A stretch of 57,224 nt of DNA, filler included, from Sphacelaria rigidula (lineage: Eukaryota), in assembly GCA_964200075.2 (NCBI GenBank). It is 6 parts of 6 records of this genome, joined end to end, with 100 filler letters (N's around TTAATTAATTAA, not from the genome) between each part and the next. Parts side by side here need not be neighbours in the genome. Positions count along the whole stretch, not along the records: positions 28,665 to 38,118 come from CAXNAA020008462.1; positions 38,219 to 47,671 come from CAXNAA020008463.1; positions 47,772 to 57,224 come from CAXNAA020008464.1; 3 more parts are not named here. One strand, written 5' to 3'. Position 1 is the stretch's first letter; every line of letters begins with the position of its first letter. Under the pieces are notes generated by a model. That model searched no databases and had not been told where the DNA came from. It saw nothing but the letters and a program-made list of their open reading frames with translations. Below, piece after piece: positions 37,127 to 50,196 of the stretch. The translations under genes and the position numbers were made by a program.

Positions 37127-38118
37127 GCAGTCTGGAGATTGAAAACACAGAATCCACTGAAATCTACTTCACACAACACACAGTACAGTAGGCAATAATG
37201 GCGAACATCCTACATCTTGATGTACCAAAAGCGGGTAATCGGCATGTGTTAATGTGCCGCCTTTCACCGCCAGGGCGGGCTATTTCCTGCAATGGCATCA
37301 CTTTAGCTGAACAACACCCCGATAACTCACCACGGCCTGGACCGCGAGCCCACACCATCTGTTGAGTCAGCATTGATTTTACTTGAAAAATGAGTACATG
37401 GCCAAATAACGCAGTCTCGCGATCGAAAAGTTGAGGGGCTTACACACGGTCAAGAGGAGCGGGTTGTAAAAGAGACGATTAGTACTCGTCCTTATTAGCA
37501 CAATCGAAATATATATCCTAGTGATGATTTGAGTGAATGAAAACGGCGCTGCACTCCCATGGCATTCTTCGTCACCTACAAATACATGCATGCATTCCAT
37601 GAGATGAGTGTCGCCGTTTCGAAACGCCTTGTACTTCGAGACTAAAGACGCTCAACAAAAGTAACACAAAAGTCGAGCATCCTTTGCAGGGCCCGCATGT
37701 TTGAGCGGAAACGACCCGCCTCTCTGCTATGGAAAGGTGGGCCTGTTGCATTTTTGGAACCGATGATAAAGCCGCCTCGGCTTCAACGTCCTCGTGGAAA
37801 AGACTGAGTCGAATATATCGAATATATTTTGGGCCGGGGTTGTACACGATATGGTTAGGCTACTACTTTTTATCGAAAAATAAAAGTTATTGGAAGGTGC
37901 ATTTTCGGCCCTTCCCCGTCGTTTTTCTCCCGAAAAGAGGGCTAGGGCCTGTCTTAACGAAGGGGATCATTCCCTGGTTGAAAAACGACCGCTGATTGGT
38001 CGCTGCGATACCACCTCCCAAAGAAAATCCCCTCAATGTGCACGGAAATCCCCTTTTCAAAAGGGGATTTTTGGGCACCTCGAACGGGAACATACATGTC
38101 CGGTTGACAGGGGCACAT

Positions 38119-38218
38119 NNNNNNNNNNNNNNNNNNNNNNNNNNNNNNNNNNNNNNNNNNNNTTAATTAATTAANNNNNNNNNNNNNNNNNNNNNNNNNN
38201 NNNNNNNNNNNNNNNNNN
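38119..38218. other. Artificial contig spacer
   Basis: N44-TTAATTAATTAA-N44. Confidence 0.98.
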
Positions 38219-38589
38219 CGAAGATTTTAATCCTCCGGGTTCTCATCCTCAATGAAAAGCACCATCCTCAACATAGATGATCGGCTGTTATATCTCCATG
38301 ATCAGGGCCTGGTGGTGCAAAGCTCGGCACACTCAGAAAAAGCGAGCGGAAAAACAAGCGATGCATCAGAAAGCCACGTGTAAGCGATATTTTATCACCG
38401 CCTTGGCGGCCTTGCGATGAGTGTAAGGATAGAAAAACGAATTGCCCAACGGCCAAATCGAAAACAGCAACGATTTGCCTTTTCCTGGGGATGCTTAGAG
38501 TCCACAAGTATATCCCCACAACCCATATTTTTAGATACCTCGTCAGATCGAGTGAGCACCATGAGCGCGAAGAGCACATGAGAGCGCTA

Positions 38590-39460
38590 CGAGCTGGGCC
38601 AGCCGAGAAGCGGATTTGTAGTTTGGAGGCGAATTCGAATTTTTTTACTCAGAGTTGGACACTGAAAATTGGTGTGGATAATCAACAGGGCATAAAAAAC
38701 ATAGATATATGCCGGGTTTCAGATTTTTTTTTCTGGCGATTTAGCAGCATTTTACTAAAACCTGAAAACTGCTTATTGCCCTTGACTCATGGAAAAAAAC
38801 TTTTCGGGACCCGGTATATATATGTATATATATTATGCCCTGCTGATTGTCCATGCCAAATTTCGGGGTCGGACTCCAAGTAAGGAATAAAATTTGCGAT
38901 TTCGCCTGTTGAAGCCCGGGCCGGTGGAATTTCGGAACAATATTTTTCAGGCCGTTTACCGGTCCACGTTTGGTGTTTGTGTGTTGAAACTTTGTGCGAG
39001 GCCTCGCTAGGTCCTGACGAACCACGAAAAAGGGATCAGGTTGGTTTTGATTTATTTTGTTCTGCTGGTTTAGGGCGTTTTAGTATGGTAAGAGCCACTT
39101 TTTTACGAGAACGTCCGAACCTCTCCCCCCCCCCCCAAATGAAGACACATTTTTTCCCTTTAGCATACCTCGTTGGTTGTCCATGCTAAGTTTCAAATCA
39201 CAATTCTAAAAATTGAGGGAAATAATGAGATATGGCCAAAGAGCAATGTCCATTTCTCCTCAAAACTCCCCTTAAAGCACGAAAAAAAATGAAAAAAAAT
39301 CGTAAAACAGGTAAAAAGCTGTTTTTTAGACTTTATTATGACTAATGTGCGGAAATAATAGTAATAAATGCAGTAGCGGTCCTCCGTACGAAATTTCATA
39401 GCACAACTCTGAAAAACTGAGACGCGATATCCAGATTTAGGGCATCTAATGCCTCTGCTC

Positions 39461-39509
<49 letters not shown>

Positions 39510-39869
39510 TTCAGTATGGAGCATTATGTGCGTCATATCTCGAGGTAGATTACGAATCAGATAAAGGTGAGGGTATCTATCGTCTCCCCGTGCTCCGGGG
39601 AAGATCCACATAAAAAATCGTCATCATCCGCTGAATGTATCGTGCGGTGTTTAATATAGATTCTAGTGTTGACACCATCTCCTTACGGTATAGGAATGAC
39701 TAGACATGGGATTTAACCGACGAGAAAATATTGACCCAGATATTTGAGCATATGGGCACCTCCCTCTTGAGTAGACGATGAATACGATATGCGGATCACG
39801 GCCAACTCGTCTGTGTCGATGAGATATTGCTTTGAGAGCTTAAATCCGTTTTTAGGCTGGCCCAGCTCG
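38590..39869. mobile_element. Non-autonomous Tc1/mariner-like DNA transposon (1.28 kb)
   Basis: 28-bp TIR CGAGCTGGGCCAGCC..A.CGGATTT (3 mismatches) flanked by TA on both sides. No ORF. Internal (TA)n near 39464-39504. Paralogue at 7888-9010. Confidence 0.8.
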
Positions 39870-40519
39870 TAGTTGGATGCATCATCCAATGCCAGCGGCT
39901 TGACCGCGTTGCGGTCGGTGTAGCGCTTGATATATTGTCAACAGCGGGTTGTTAACCGGGCATACAGGTAATATTTTGCTCCAAGCCCCCAGTGTCATTT
40001 ATGTACACTCTTTAGATTTATCATGATCTGGTCGGGAAGATGAAACGCTCGCTTGGTTCAGCCCTACTGATATAAATGTAAGACACTGCTTTACTGCCAA
40101 CCTATCGCATTTGGCCAAAAAATTGCTTCAAGGCAACGAGACCGCGAAGCACGGTCGCGATGGTCATGCTGAAACTAGTTAAGCGTCACGGGTGGCACAG
40201 CACGTGACGTAAGTCCTGGAAGAATAACCTATTCAAAACCCAAACCGTTGTCAACAACCCATTTCCACCACGCACACCATCTACCGGGGCTTCGCCACAT
40301 ATATTTATGAGGATACCCGCAGGTCAGATGACATTGATGGTGCTACCAGGCGCCAACCGCGGGGTGCAATCATTCATTTACGCCAACCCACTATGCTCGC
40401 TGCGTTTCAATACGTATATACATATACTCCAGCAAATCCCGTTCGCTGAAAGTATCGTAGTTGTTTTGGGCGTACAACTCAACTCCGAGTGCTTGTGTTG
40501 CTCGATTTGTTTTTTTCAG

Positions 40520-43500
40520 GAAGCTTATCTCGTCTTATCAGGATGGTGTGGCTCGACACTCATGGAATGCGGAAGACGGCGACCTCGCGGCGAAGCTGGG
40601 TCACTTCAGTCTCATGAAAGATTCCAAAGCCGTAAGACGATGATTTGAACGAGTTCCCGGTACTATTGATTCGATTGATTGTCGCACTTTAACTGACCAC
40701 CCGTGGGTCCAGCCGTGGTCGCATGATAGACGTACGTACCCAAAAAAACCAAAACTGAAACACTCGCTCAAGAAAACGAAGGAGGAGACTACGCATGCAG
40801 GAAATAGCATGTGACGCGTCATCTTCGAGGTTTGGTATTATGGTCTATTTCTGCCGGGGAGACGCTGATTGATCGCGATGCGCCCACTGTTTGTTCTCTT
40901 GGCGGGAACGGCCCCGTAATTTACATTCGGAGAAGTGGATGGATGGTCAAATCTTTGGCATTTTGTGCACGAGCACATCATAACTCCGAGTCGTGCAGCA
41001 CTCCGTTCCCGGTTGCACTAAGCTCTGTTGTGTTGGACCGCGTACGCTGAAAGATGGAGATATGGGTCGCAGCAGTGTGTCACGTTGTCAATTCCCACCT
41101 CGCGTTCGCCTTCACCAAACTCCACCAACAACCCAAGCAAAATACTGTTATCTTGTGCTTATTAGTATTTATATTTCTGCTGCATGTCCATTTTACATAG
41201 AGTCAAGGCTTCTGCACACAACTGACCTCGTAGGGCATTTACCGCAGCAAAAGGTTTCGAATATTGTCCTATCACGCATGCAGCGTGTTGAGCTAGGTAA
41301 GCTGGCAGCGCTAGCGGTTCGGTTCATTCCTCGCTAGTTATGACAAAGAACGCCACAAACTTGCTGTGTATCCTCACGTTTCCCCTGTCATTATGACATC
41401 AAGTTTTGAGTGTACAGCTGCGGGCGTGATTCACTGTACGATTCAGCCACACCGCTGACAACTCGACAATTATCAATGCTGCTAAGATTTGTACGCAGTA
41501 GTCTGTTTTGCCTGCGTTGTATGCCGTTCACGGCGATAATTTCGGGTGAGTACAATAGCATTTTACTAAAAATATGTGTCACATTACTCCTTCCCCTGCT
41601 TCGGTCGTTCGAGGCACCTGCTGCGCCAACTTGGTGATGATAGGACGTCAACTGCCGCAGGACTTGATAAGATGCCCCTTGCATCCACGACTAACACCCT
41701 AGACGGAAAGACGTCGACTGTATTTCGTCGCAGAGTAGCTACATTCGGGTGATTTGTCATGTGTGTTAAAAACCTCGGGTGCTGGTTGGCAAGAGGAGTA
41801 CACGGCAGCAAACATGGTCGATTGTCGATGTCCCGACACGCCATGCAAGAAGTGCACGACAACAGCAATGAGGTAATATCTTGTAGAATCACAGTTGTCT
41901 CATCTGCTGCAATAGCGTGAATACTGTGTCCCTGACGCACACCTGTGGCGTCACTGATGAAATGATCGCGTTCACTCGACAGACTCTGCGATATTCCCAT
42001 GAAGCAATGGACGGCGCCGCCAAGAGAGGGTTGATCAACGTTCTTCAGTTTCTGTGGCGTCAAGGCCAGATATGCACCACGGTATGTACGTGACCTAGTG
42101 TTTAGCGCATTATTCATGGAGTCTTGTACAAAAGCATGCCGCAAGAAGATAGTGTCTGTGTCGTGCCGCATTGCAAATAGAATCACCCACAGCTGCAGAT
42201 CATACAGATATGCCTCAGCTGAGGTAGATTGAATGTTTTGCTGCAGCTTGATGATTATTGCTGGCACTTAGAGTGCAATTAACGTGCCGATATGTGACCA
42301 CCACGGTAGGATAGGATTGGCGGGACTTGATTTCCTAGCGGTTGAGCTGTTCATGCGTTCGGGTTGTGAAAAAAAGATAAAATTTGGGCTTTACTGTAGG
42401 GATCACCACGGCATGAGCCTATTACTCGTGTCCTGAAGGGAACATCAAGTTGTGATATCACGGTCAACCCTGATCAGATCGCGGACATCCGGTGTGTACT
42501 TTGACAGGAGGCCGTGGATAGTGCGGCGAAGGCGGGCCACATCAACGTGTTGATCTGGTTACATCAACACACCTCTGTCGTGGGCACGAAGGTCGCAATG
42601 GTGAGCTCTCGGTAATGCATGACGCTGTCCGTACTCTTCAGTAAAGAGCATGCACTACGCACTTTCTGCCGTCCAGTTGCAGGAAGATTGAGACAACGCG
42701 AGACGCGTATCACACTGCGTTATACAAAGAAGCGTCGCTCAAGTGGGCCGGATCTCCTACAAAGTAGCTTGGGTTTTCGCTCGCCGTTGAATTAATTTCG
42801 TCGTCAACGCATGGTACAGAATATATTCCCTCATCGTTATCTCCGCCGGCCACCGCCCACAGTACCTCATCTCAGCAGTTCATCTCATGGCAAGCGATTT
42901 CCGGTTTGCATTTAAATCTAATTGTGCAGCTGTCCTTCCCCATTTGATAGTGTGTCGTTTTCGCCAGTGATTTAGCATCTGTGTATCGGTTCCTCTCTGG
43001 TCTTTACGGTAGGATTGGGCAGCACGCAACGGCCACCTATCCGTGGTTAAGTGGATGCACATCAACCGCGACGAAGGGTGTACCGTTTGTGCAATGAACT
43101 GGGCCGCAGAAGAAGGCCACTTGCACGTTGTGAAGTGGCTGCACTACAACAGGTGATGACCGTTCGCCTCCTCTGTATGCTCAACTGGAAAACTGCTCAG
43201 GACCCGCTCAATGCAAGGGCTCGCTCGCGTCAGATGCTTGAAAGACAAGTGACCAGGCAAACATACCGATGCACGATAATTCACTTTAACCGCACGCAGA
43301 CAAGAGGGTTGCACCACCGCAGCCTTCGATAGAGCATCCATGAACAACCACGTGCATGTCGTGAGTTGGCTCATGACTCATCGCACGGAAGGAGGAACGA
43401 GCAGGGCGTTGCGCTGGGCCATCGCCAACGGTCATACTCAGGTCTGCCTCGATGCTGTCAAACAATCATACGTTGTGGGTTTCAGCTCACTCAGTGGAAG

Positions 43501-46500
43501 CCGCTAATCCCTCAACCTCATGTCTGCCGCCTAAGCGTGTGGTTGCTGTTTTACAAGTAAGGTTGAACGATGTCAACAAGTTGGTGCACAGCGACTCAAG
43601 TCTAAACATCATTTGACTCGTGCAAGACCTCTTTGACGTCCTTGAAAAAATGCTCATTCCGCGTGGGAACCGAATGTTTGGGTATACTGCGATGCTCATC
43701 AACTCGCACCAGAAACCTGTATATACCACCACGAGTGCGGCACACCACCACCTCATACTCGCAACACAATACAAGAGCGTCGACGATATCGACCTTATTC
43801 TTGTGACGTGACAGATGGTGAGGATGCTCTCCGCATCCAGGCTCGCGGAAAACTCGGCAATACCCCCATGCATGGCGAACTCACTGGCATTAAAGCTCGG
43901 AGAGAAAGCAGCTTTTTCCAGGGGAGGAGAGACACCGTCGTCGAACACCTCAAGTTTCTCCTCCGTAGAGGTGGAGAGCACCAACAGTACTTCCTTCTCA
44001 AGTAGCTACAACAGCTCTGCATCGAGAGGCTCTCTGCTCCACGCCGAAATCGAGCACAGCGAGCTTAATCCCCAGAGTCTGACGGGTCGATGTTCCAAGT
44101 TCTCCATGAACAAAGCTGCGCAAGGTGGTCACCTTTCTACCCTTGTGCTGCTGCACCGCCAGGTGCGGCGCGTGGTGCAGCTTTAATCAAACGCAGGCAA
44201 TGAAGGAACATGTGTGATCCGACAACGACTTTACTTGGTTCACGGTGCCTTGCCGAGAGATGGATATCGCTGTGTGCTAGCAGCCAGCATCATGCATCGT
44301 GACCGCGTTGCGACACTATTTTCTGGACCGCGTTGCCACACTATTTTCTGGACCTTCTTATCAAGGTGTCGTTGAGCCCGACTTTTGTTGAGTTGAGAAT
44401 CCGGCATGGTAGCACATTTCGATCTATCAATGTTCAGATGGCATGCTGACGCCCCCTTTGTTCCTCACTCTCAGCACAGACTGAACGCTTCGTGAGGTCT
44501 ACGGCGTGTTACCCTATTCCGCATGAGTAACCAAATGCATCATTGCGTTCCATCGCTTGCTGTTTCACCACGTGGTCATTGCAGGGCTACAGCTGCACGG
44601 TCAAGGCGATGGACTGGGCGGCAGCGTTTGGACAGCTTGACGTGGTGGAATGGCTATCCGAACACCGGCAAGAGGGGTGCACTACGGACGCCATGGGTGA
44701 GGCTCAACCTCAGTGGGAAAGGCAGTATGAACCAAGATCGTAGACCAAACCTCGGCTGGCTATTGAGTGTTTCGTGGTTCATTGGTTGTCCCCCGCTCTC
44801 TGTGCGCCTCCCGAACGTAGTTTCTGAGAGTGATACCGTAGGACTTCATCTGCTGTGGTGTACCATGAACCGTTACACTGTAAACATATTCCAGAACCAG
44901 CGAAAAAGCCACTTACGAACGTGTTGCCTTCCGCGCAGTGCTGTGCACACTGGAAGTCGAGGCTCAGGAAAGTCACGAGATGGGCTGCAACGTTCGACGT
45001 GTTGTTCTCCAGCTGTGCAGATGTTAGTCTCCGGTATGCGTGACGCGTTTTCTCAAAGAAATGCTCAAATGTTTGCTCCCAAGTTGAAATCCCACGGATA
45101 CACTGCTTATCGTCAAAGCAGGAGGAGTACTGTCACAAGCTGAACCACAAGCTCATTGTTGGAGGAAAGTTGGTTGTTCGAGAAGATCTTGCCCGAGAAA
45201 TCCGACGTAGTTTGGGTCTTAGTCTAGCCTTATTGGATGGGTAAAAAGTCGCCAGTGCTCTGAACGCACAACTGTTTGTGTTGCGACTTAGCCCTCCGAT
45301 GGTATTCTCACCAAACGCAAGGCTTTCTAGTCTTCCAATGAAACAGCGAAAAGCTGTCATGATCACCCAACTTTGGCTTTGCTGGGAATTTCACGACGTG
45401 TATCGTGTATACGTGCAAATACGTTGCATGAATACAGGACCACACCAACCACCGGCATAGTTGGCAAGCTTAATGCGTTTTTTCTTTTTCTTTCCAAGGG
45501 TCCGCAGATATCTCAGCCTTGCTGCAACTCGGGGACAACGACTGGCCGAAGAAGGACCCCCGTTCTTTTTATTTTGTTCGTCGTACTATTACTATTGGCT
45601 TCAACTCCCCCCCTTTCTCAGGGCGGTTGCTGAGTCTCAAAGGATTATGCCATTCTCCCTCGTACATGCCTTGCAATCTGGTATAGCGGATCGGACCGAT
45701 GTTCTTGCACTGCGTCGAGATTCATGGAACCGTCTCACCTCCTTGTATACATACATATTGTGTACATATCGGGTCTCGCGTAGATCACGCTGCTGCCAAC
45801 GGTCACCTGTCGGTGGTAATTTGGCTGCACGAGAACAGGACGGAAGGGTGCACAAGATACGCGCTAGCAGAGGCCGCTGCAAACGGACATTTAAAGATGG
45901 TGATTTGGCTACACCGACACAGAGACGAAGGCGGGGGTCGCAGAGCCATGGTATGATGAGGGCATTCTGAGCGTCTAAGATCGGTGTTTTTGGGAACAAC
46001 AGAACTAGACAAGGTTTGATTAAAAGAGCACGCGATACGTATGTGCTGCTTGGAAATATAAACCACGTTGGTGTCCTTTGGAGAGGCCAAATAATCAAGT
46101 GGGGTTGCTGAACGCGAATCGTCTGTGTGTGAAGCGAAGCCAATACTCCGTTGTGCTATAGTCCAGATCTAAACGTCTGCAATGTAGTTCGATAAATACG
46201 CGCGTGTCATGCTCACTATCCGGCGAGTCAGAACCGAATATTATCGACCGACAGCCCTGGGCAGGAGCCAGCTCCAGACTAGTACCACGTGTGCATATCA
46301 GGCGTATCCACTACGGTAGATACAGCGGGTGCTTCTCCCGCGACATGAGTTTTTGTTATACGCGCTTTTGCCGGTTTACAAACCGTGTGTTTAAGCGCAG
46401 TTGCTGACCGCCTTGAGATGTTCGCCTCGTTCTGTTTTTCCATTTCACTCGCGCTTCTCTGAGCTGTTACCATTGCCCAGAATGACCCCATCGATGCAGT

Positions 46501-46678
46501 TTCTAATCGCACGAGCGATGCTCAGGTAAGTTGCGCTATTTCTCGCTGTTGTATATGACCTTTCGCGACCTTCTGTTCCACAAATTGCGCATCTTGCATA
46601 TTTTTCCCGTGGGGGCCTCAAGGATGGTGCAGCGGACAACGGGCATTTGGCAGTGGTGCACTGGCTCCATGTTAACAG
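40520..46678 (+). CDS. Ankyrin-repeat protein of the stramenopile 'AMDWAA.NGHL.VV.WLH.NR.EGCT' type; multi-exon, ends uncertain
   Basis: Phase-compatible exons 40520-40631, 41983-42081, 42508-42600, 43013-43152, 43300-43441, 43815-44162, 44585-44696, 45784-45950 and 46623-46678 splice into one open frame of tandem ankyrin repeats. A possible upstream exon ends at 40413. Confidence 0.9.
40665..40780 (-). mobile_element. Short 3'-end fragment of the RTE-like LINE, intronic
   Basis: Closely matches 25695-25805 (GATTGTCGC.CTTTAACTGACC..GGGTCCAGCCGTGGTC..CAAAACTGAAACACTCGCT). Confidence 0.8.
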
Positions 46679-46983
46679 GCAAGTCAATCTTAAGGGCATG
46701 TCGCACGCCCCACGGTCTATGAGACAGATGGCGAAGTGGTCAGTCAGTACGTCATGAGGTGCAAGTCCAGGGTTCCATCCCTAGACTCGTAACGTTTGTC
46801 CTCCGAATTTGGAGGAAAGATAGCGCGCGGCAGAATGCACTGCGTGCCGGAGGAAATTTGTGGTCGAAAGAATCTGATGTGCCGCCGTCGAGTCTGAACG
46901 TTGACGAAGGTGGCGGAAGTGATGAACCAATCCACCACGCGATTGTACCACACGGATACAAAGGAATGTTTGCTGCATTTCAA

Positions 46984-47239
46984 GGCCGGGCGAATCATCG
47001 CTGGTTAAACTCACCAAATGTACAATTCCTGATGCCTGAGTATTCGAGCAAGAGGAACATGTTGATCGCGGGTGACGCATATCTCTACGCTATATTTTTG
47101 CTCTTCCACGTGCCTGGGGTGCGCGTACCTTAACCTGGGATGCAAGGCTGAAAGCAATGCCCAATGATTGATTTGTACGGTATCAATCGATTACCCTAAA
47201 ATCAAGTAATTACCCAGACGCATTTTTATTCGTCCGACC
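46984..47239. mobile_element. Diverged copy of the 25237-25488 MITE-like element
   Basis: Shared blocks CGAATCATCGC.GGTT, TTCCACGTGCCTGGG..CGCGTACCT, CTAAAATCAAGTAAT and ATTCGTCCGACCC. Confidence 0.6.
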
Positions 47240-47671
47240 CCCGGTACAGTTAGCAGCTAGGTGTTCGGAAGTCACTTCGTCATCAGTTGTCAGAGAACGA
47301 GATGGGAGAAATGACGACGAAAACAACACAATGGGTGATACAGAGTCTCGAGCATATCTCACGTAGCCCGTATACCTCCCAGCATTCCTTATTCTATACA
47401 TCTATACATGAACCAGTGTCTGAAGAGCAGGCCGGGTGTGCAACATGTCGCGCAAGTTTTACGTAACGGAACGTTGCGTTTCAGGGTGGTCCGATTTCGT
47501 TTTTACAGCGGTTTTTGCGGAAAGCAAGATATGGTACACATCAAGATATACCACGTGTAGGCTTCTCTTTTCGATTTATGTTCTAGTTCGCCCCCCTCCC
47601 CCCCTCCTCTTAGCCCTCTCACCTCTAGACTCTTGGGTTGGCGTCGAGTGGCAACGGCGCTGTAAAACAAG

Positions 47672-47771
47672 NNNNNNNNNNNNNNNNNNNNNNNNNNNNN
47701 NNNNNNNNNNNNNNNTTAATTAATTAANNNNNNNNNNNNNNNNNNNNNNNNNNNNNNNNNNNNNNNNNNNN
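47672..47771. other. Artificial contig spacer
   Basis: N44-TTAATTAATTAA-N44. Confidence 0.98.
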
Positions 47772-47831
47772 TGAAGATTTTGCCTCCCAAAACCATGCAC
47801 TTTTGGGGGGGGGGCTATCGTAGAAAGTGTC
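47772..47831. mobile_element. One end of the GACAC-TIR MITE, cut by the contig edge and inserted in the Gypsy copy
   Basis: Matches about 5623-5682 including GGGGGGCTATCGTAGAAAGTGTC. The adjacent sequence is homologous to Gypsy 1990-2020. Confidence 0.8.
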
Positions 47832-49321
47832 CAAGGGGGATCCAGATTGTGCGGGGCTGAAGTCGTCGATTGAAGAAGCAGTGACGTCAGAAACATTTGA
47901 TTTTTCTTCTTCCATGATACTTGATAGGGCCGTCGTGCTCAAAGTCGTCGCATTTTGGAGAGATTGAGATCGAGGTTTTCCGCTCGAAGGAGGTGTACGT
48001 GATGATGCGCGCGCGTCCTTGGGGGCATGCTTACGGAGCTTCTTCTTTCGCCTTGATAATGGTCGGGCAACTTCCAAAACATTTTGGGATGATACTACAA
48101 CTGCGTCCAGTCGGGTAGATGGGGTCAGCATCGGGGCATGATCGAGCGATACTTCTGGGCTTTCCGTAGGCAAGCTTGGCTGGGGAATCATAGCCGAAGG
48201 TGATTTGGGGTGGGTGTTATTAGAGTAGGCCAAGGGTAGTTCCACGCGTGTTCAAAATCGCGGGGAAGGAGCTCGGTCAAACTGATTGGGGATTACATGA
48301 TCCGATATGGTCAAATCAGCAACACTTGGGTCAGCTGAAAAAGGCATGATACTACCTGTGCGTGCGGTCGCTGAGGAAATCCTTTGCCTCAGGGACTGGC
48401 AGTCGGTGCTTCCACATCTGACTTATACTCGGTACTGAAGGACCAAGTCCAGGGCCGAGTGTGGTTTGAGTCGCGGGGTAACACAACTGTTACGCGGTGT
48501 GTGGAGGGATGGAGACGGGGGTCGATATGAACGGCCGTAAGTTGCACTCCTGCATAGTGCCGGGGGAGCTGGGCGAGAAATCTTTGTCGCAGGCTCTGCG
48601 GGCTGTGTTGAAAGGTGTGTGGAGGGTGGAGATGGGGGTCGATTTGAACGGCCGTCTGTTGCGCTTCTGGATAATGCCGGAGGAATCGGGTGAGCAATCT
48701 TAGTCACGGGCTCCGCGGGCTATGCTGAAACAATCTTCGCAAGTGCTGTCGGCGGCCCGGAAGACTTCAGAACGCCGACGTCGGCACGTCATGGGCCTAT
48801 GCGATCCGTAGTGAAGGTACCAGGGTTTCTGGTGTTGGGACTCGAGCTTTGTGTCGGTGCCGTCCGCTGGTGTCTATCAGCGGGTTGTTCATTGTCGCGA
48901 AAAGAATCATCTCTTGCGAGCTTGCATTATTGTTGTTTTGTCGGCGATCGCGATTAAAGCGATTGTTGCCTCGTTGGTTCGAATGATTGCGATAATTTCG
49001 ATTCGGTTGGCGATAGTCGCGCATTCGTTTTTTCTATCGGCGCCACGCGGTTTCATTGTCCTGCAGTACAGGGTTCATGAGATCAAAGGCATTGATACAT
49101 GCGCTGTCGCAGTCCCACATACTGTGGCCTTGAACACTACAGTTGATGCAACCGTTGGCATGACCGTTGAAGGCGTTACGTCTAGCAGGAGACGTAAGAA
49201 GTGGGTTCCACAAATGGGGATCGTCCTCAATAAATGCCGCCATTGAAGTCAAATAAACACCATCTCAAGTTTTTTCGGAGAACGGCCAACCATCGAAACT
49301 CGCACTAGATGCACCTCTGTC

Positions 49322-50196
49322 AGACCCACTTTTATAGCAAGCACAAATCTCGATTTTTTCAACATCGGGGGGACAAAAAAACGGGGAACGCATTGTATGG
49401 ACACGGGTTTGGATCAAATCGGGGGCGAAACAGTCGGGGGGTCACGATCCCGGAACGGTTCCCCCCGATTTTTCGAAAAAATCGGGGCAAATTGTTCCGA
49501 GATCGTGACTCTCCCCCATATTTTTGAGGTGACGTGCGCGCATTGACGTACACTGCCAGAGTACGAGGCGTTAGCTATTTTTGCAATGGCAGCAGAAGAC
49601 AGTCTCGTGACAGCACAGGGCATGTCTACTGCCCACCGCAGCTGCTGAAGCAACTTCGCACGGGGTTTGACAAGCGGATGATAAGTAGTGCGTGCCCTGC
49701 GGCGATGGCAATATTTTATGCTGCGCTGCGCTGCTATATGTATCACTATAACGAACGCTACTGTACTCTCCTAGCTGTTGTCGCTGTACTTGAGGGGTGA
49801 TGTACGGCACTGCACTACTGAACTCTGCTCGCGCACCGTTTGTTCTCTGTTCTCGCAATACCGAGTGTGCCATCATGTACTACTACACGACATTATCATG
49901 TACTGTACTGATGAAGTGTCCTGCACTGTAGTACCCTAGGGTATCAAGGTACGACACTGGACTCGAAGGATTGTTTACCGCCTGCCTGCTTTCGGCTTCA
50001 TGCACGAGTACACAGTACCACACTCATGCAGGAAATGACCATCTGTGTACAGAACCGTTTCACAAATCTGCGATACTGTACTGTCTGTGCCATATAACGA
50101 TCCCCCCGGTTTTGAGTTCACGAATTTGAGTCCCCCCAATTTTTTCAAAATCGTGGTCCCAAAAAATCGAGATTCGTTTGCAATAAAAGTGGGTCT
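49322..50196. mobile_element. TIR-bounded non-coding insertion within the gag-like region
   Basis: AGACCCACTTTTATAGCAA..AATCTCGATTTTTT at the left end and its inverted copy ending AAAAGTGGGTCT at 50196. No clear TSD. Confidence 0.6.

Noticed and set aside
35841-40631. Splicing NTAQ1 onto exons after the 38119 gap
   Set aside because: These are different contigs, and the downstream exons belong to the ankyrin gene.
41584-42267. 227-aa minus-strand ORF
   Set aside because: Antisense to a clear ankyrin exon and its introns, with no recognisable protein features.
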